The notes beneath the pieces are model-generated. The model was not told the DNA's origin and made no database searches. It saw nothing but the letters and a program-made list of their open reading frames with translations. DNA of 50,100 nt, the filler included, from Sphacelaria rigidula (Eukaryota), in NCBI GenBank assembly GCA_964200075.2. It is 3 parts of 3 records of this genome, joined end to end, with 100 filler letters (N's around TTAATTAATTAA, not from the genome) between each part and the next. Parts side by side here need not be neighbours in the genome. Positions count along the whole stretch, not along the records: positions 33,478 to 50,100 come from CAXNAA020001296.1; 2 more parts are not named here. The stretch is one strand, 5' to 3'. Each line of letters starts with the position of its first letter. Within the stretch, counting starts at the first letter, position 1. Positions 46,161-50,100 of this stretch are shown here, one piece after another. The translations under genes and the position numbers were made by a program.

Positions 46161-48417
46161 CCGCCTGATCGTCAATCAGCAGCTGATGTTTCTGCCTCCG
46201 TATCTCATGTCTTTCTTCAGACCCTTTTCTTCGACTTTTTGTTCAGCCTCGTGGATGTTTTTTGCGGTTTTGCTATTCCGCACAGAACAAGATCGAAACC
46301 GGCACAGTCTTGGATGCGATCTTCGTTGAAAGAAGAAGGTCGATAATGCGTCGATTCACCTGTACCGATTTTGGCTGTTTGCGTCGCGTGACGGAAGGTG
46401 TCTGTCTCCCTGATGTGTTTTCCGTGCTCTTTTTGTATCGGTTCCGTCCGGAAGGCTTGGCGTTGCGACACGAGGCGTTCCGAGTTTTCCACGCATACCG
46501 TGGTCTTGGAATTTGATGCTTTTTCTTTGCCCAGAGATTGGAACACCCTCGCCTTGAACTCTGGTCTGTTTGGTTTGTTGCGGTTGGGTATCTTGGAGTA
46601 GGCGGGAGAAGTATCATGTGATGGTCTCGAGGGGGTATTTTTTGTTGTGTTGCAATAGCTTTTGCTACGCGGTACGCGCGGTGTATCCTCCGTCTCTTGT
46701 GTTCGTGCGTGCAGCATCCACACAATACCGGGTCAGCATCGCATGTGAGGATGGTATTTCCCGTGTGCGCACCGTGCACGGTGAAAATCTGGAGCCCAAC
46801 GATTTTTTCTTGGGGAGAGTGTTGGTCGAAGGACACACGACGTCGTGGGTGCCACGTCGCGTTTTGCTAATGCATAGGTGAATCCGACATATGCCGAAAG
46901 GTGTGCCTTGCGCCGAGTGTTGGTGCTGCGTGAGTAACGGTCGATCGTTGATTTCCGTTGGCGATCGTTGCTCTTGTTTTCTGATGATTACGTTCGTCGA
47001 TAGTGTACTTGTCTCCTGTAAGAGAGAATTTTCTCTCCAAGACTAAAAATTCATCTGGATGGGTAATTTTATGGTCCATCATGACATAAAATTGTGAACT
47101 ACCATCTCCTCATCTGACCGGATCCGGAGAAGGGGCTCTCGCAGCTTCTGACGGCCGTTGCGAGGATATCGAATACGTTCGATTCATCGAAGCTTCTCGT
47201 GCCTGTCTTGTCGAAAGTCAGTGCAGGGAAACGTGTCAAATCTTCCCCGCTTCTCGTACCCTCTTCGAAAATTATCCCTATCAACCCTTGACAGAAAAAA
47301 CCTGATTAGGCCAGCGCTAGAACATATATGAAAATAAACGGCAAGTATTTGAGACCGTATCTCGTGTGAGGTAAGGGCGAGTAATGGCTTACGCAGTCAG
47401 ACATTGGACGAAACAACCGGTCCCACGCCCACTGGTGTACATCACATGAGCTGCACATCACGGATTACAGATCGCTACCCACCATATTGTACACGCCAGC
47501 AGCAGCTCAGTCATGGCCAGAGGTATCTTATTCCTCTTTGCGTGCCGAAAAAACTCTCCACGGGTTTTGCCCTATGCGGCGCTTTGAACGCGAGGCCCGG
47601 GGCAGTCTTCGATCATATGCTGGGTGTCGCCGCAGTTGTGACACGCCCGAGGGAACGACGCTCGCGACCTCTGCCGCGCTACATCGCCCCTGATGTGTAC
47701 TATCGATTCATGTGTTGTGTATGGAACAAATCAGAAACATCCCCTCCCCACTTGGTGGGAATCTCGGTGGGAGGGTCGTTGCTCGCGCGTGGGTACAAGT
47801 GGAGAGCGTTGACCTGAACGTTGCCCTGTACTCTGACCACGTGTTCAGTAGTGCCCAAGCACGCCCCGTCTGAAATGGGGGAAGGAGAGGAATCAAAAGG
47901 TGTGTTGAACAGGTTCTCAAACACTCCACACATACAACGGTCAAAATTTCAAAATTTCCTCGTCGTGAATGTGTACAGTCATGTTGTGTGAAGTGCGCGC
48001 CAGGAAACAGGAACACATCCACACATTTACTGGGGGGAGCGGTTGTACCCACACACGACTAGGGGAACGGTTCACGGGGAAGTATACGAGAACATGTTAT
48101 CAAGGACAGTGATTTCCCTGTCCTCCCGCCAGGGATGAAAGAAGGAAGGCAGATATTTTGCAAGTATGTAACACTTGCAAGGAAACAAATCAGTTTATCT
48201 ATGAAATTCCCCGTTTTCCAACCTGCGAACCGTCTAATGCCCGTCGCTTTCTATTACTGCAAGAACCTTGACGTGTCAATTCCTATTCTATTTTGTACCG
48301 ACTGCGGTATCCCCATGTCAGGAAAGTTCGATTTTGCTTTTTTACAATAACTTCGCACGTATGAACGGGCCCAAAGTGGCCACTTCCCTCAAGACGTCAA
48401 GAGTCATACTGATCATT

Positions 48418-48712
48418 GCAACATGGTTTTCGTGAGATTAAGGGTCGGGTGCGGAATGAGATTAGCTTTGATCATTCGCTTTAACTTGGCCAACTTTTCA
48501 TTCCGTGTGTGCTTTTCGTCATCTCATCATTGTCATGTGCTTACAGCTACACGTTGATATCCTACTCAGAGGTATCGAGGGCCTCAGTGGCAAGCTACTA
48601 CAGAGAGGATATTGGGCCTGGTGGAGGTGCATTTCGGAACTGAAACGGCTTTTTCACTTCTTGACCGCTCGTCACTCTCAATCGTATCTCTCAATTTCAC
48701 GAAAATCTTGTT
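48418..48712. mobile_element. MITE family A copy (reverse orientation)
   Basis: Reverse-complement homolog of 1186-1485. Confidence 0.8.
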
Positions 48713-48779
48713 TTATGTAGTTGTAAGAAGTCAACTATTTGATTTTTACAGAGATTGCGACATTTGATACATGTTGGTA

Positions 48780-49125
48780 CGCCGGGCGGCCTCTATGCAG
48801 ACACCAGCCAGTCCAGTAGAGCGACGAAAGCTAGCTATGATCGGGTTCGCCTGCCGTACTGCCGCCAGCGTTGCTTGAAAGCCACAAGACCTTTGAGGTT
48901 GGCGGTTGATGGCGTGGGTGTCAAATGCAAGGACAAGTGGTTGATCATAGAACACCCTTGTTCTTCGTGGGTTCATACGTCGCCCCAGCTGGTGATGCTT
49001 GACCTCGTCACATCCGAATTACTTCTTGAAAGCTACTGTACCGAGGTGTTCACGCAGCCAGCGCGTGCTCCAGATTGCAGCATGGACGCTCCCCTCTGCA
49101 CCACGCTCGCAACGATTAGATCACT
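48780..49125 (-). mobile_element. Possible degenerate non-LTR retrotransposon RT fragment (CRE-like)
   Basis: One frame reads GAEGSVHAA...TVAFKK*F...FYDQPLVLAF...AVRQANPIIASF, resembling GAE.IVHA / VDFKNAF / GVRQGDPL..F in the right order and spacing. Confidence 0.4.
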
Positions 49126-49294
49126 GCCATAGGCGTCTTTTTTCACTCCGCATATCAAGGTCTCCACAAGTATTTGATGTCTCATACACCCCCACCCCCC
49201 AACTGGCGCCTCGCACGCTCTTGTCGTTGGACACCCAGAGGGACGCTCACACATATGTCGGGTAAAATCAACGATGAATAACACTCCCCAATGT

Positions 49295-49692
49295 CAAACA
49301 GGACATATCTATCTGTTGTTTTCGTCGCACCACCGCCCTTGCTGGCATGTGTGTGGCAGAGAACAGTAGTAGCGGTGACGGGAACATTACGCTATTTTTT
49401 CGACGTGTTTCTCAGCGCACAGAGGCGCGGCCTCTCCAAAAAGAAAGGCAGAGAAAAATCGATCTTCGCGTTGGTGAGTTCGACAGGCAATCATAAGGAG
49501 AGAAGAAATCTCTCCGCAGCTCGATGTTCCGGCACATGGAAAATTGAGTACATGCTGGTCACATCGATGATGCCAGGCTCTCGAGGGTTTCGTGATCGCC
49601 GGGCGAGGACACACAAAGGACAGGGGCGAGAATCTTCCTCTTTCGTTGCTTCTCTCTCTGGTGATATCGTCATTGACACGCGTGTACACCGT
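49295..49692 (-). repeat. Inverted homolog of the 25417-25790 repeat
   Basis: Colinear similarity. Confidence 0.8.
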
Positions 49693-50000
49693 ATTCATTA
49701 GGTGAATCTAGCCACAGCTGCTTAACTGCTGCTGCGGACATGTGGGGAAAATGGATTCGCCCGGTCGTGAGTGTTTAGCGTCATCCCTGCAAAAAAGAAG
49801 TGCCACTACAACCTCATTTTTGAGGATCCGCTCATAACTGTTTTTATTTGCAAAACTACTCCGGGGAAAATGTGAATCTTCGAACTGTGGATCGAACCCC
49901 ATTTGAATATTCGACCGCAATTTCTTCGATCATTTATTTACTACTGGGTCGGAGGAATACATGTCCGATCCTGGATGGATTTCTTTCCTCTCTACAACGT

Positions 50001-50100
50001 GGTCGCCCCGGTGGCTCAGCTGGTAACCTCGAAACCTTCTGACGGTTGGGTCGTGGGGTCAATTCCCGGAGCGATCTGAGATTTTTTCTCACACCATGCC
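50001..50100 (+). mobile_element. tRNA-derived SINE head (runs off the window)
   Basis: GGTCGCCCCGGTGGCTCAGCTGGTAACCTCGAAACCTTCTGACGGTTGGGTCGTGGGGTCAATTCCCGGAGCG. Confidence 0.85.

Overview
Eukaryotic, intron-rich, repeat-dense draft scaffold. Gene structure, TTAGGG-type repeats and repeat style suggest a brown alga/stramenopile (inference, not verified). Most ORFs in the six-frame track are spurious. Two spliced genes can be rebuilt by hand. (1) CGI-121/TPRKB (KEOPS subunit) on the minus strand: three exons in the window, two consecutive GC donors, and a ~12 kb first intron holding a decayed chromodomain-bearing Ty3/Gypsy element. (2) A complete 11-exon eIF5 gene on the plus strand (37290-46160, 406 aa). 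Between them are possible exon remnants of unknown genes and a dense mix of small elements: tRNA-derived SINEs, several palindromic/foldback MITE families, poly(C)-tailed LINE 3' ends and telomere-repeat-tailed elements. The most unusual observation is a full tRNA-like cloverleaf (7757-7863) with a 4x11-nt expansion of the anticodon arm. It lies antisense inside the 3' region of the Gypsy element, upstream of a PPT and a tandemly duplicated LTR segment. Three assembly gaps are present. All calls come from manual reading; no searches were run.
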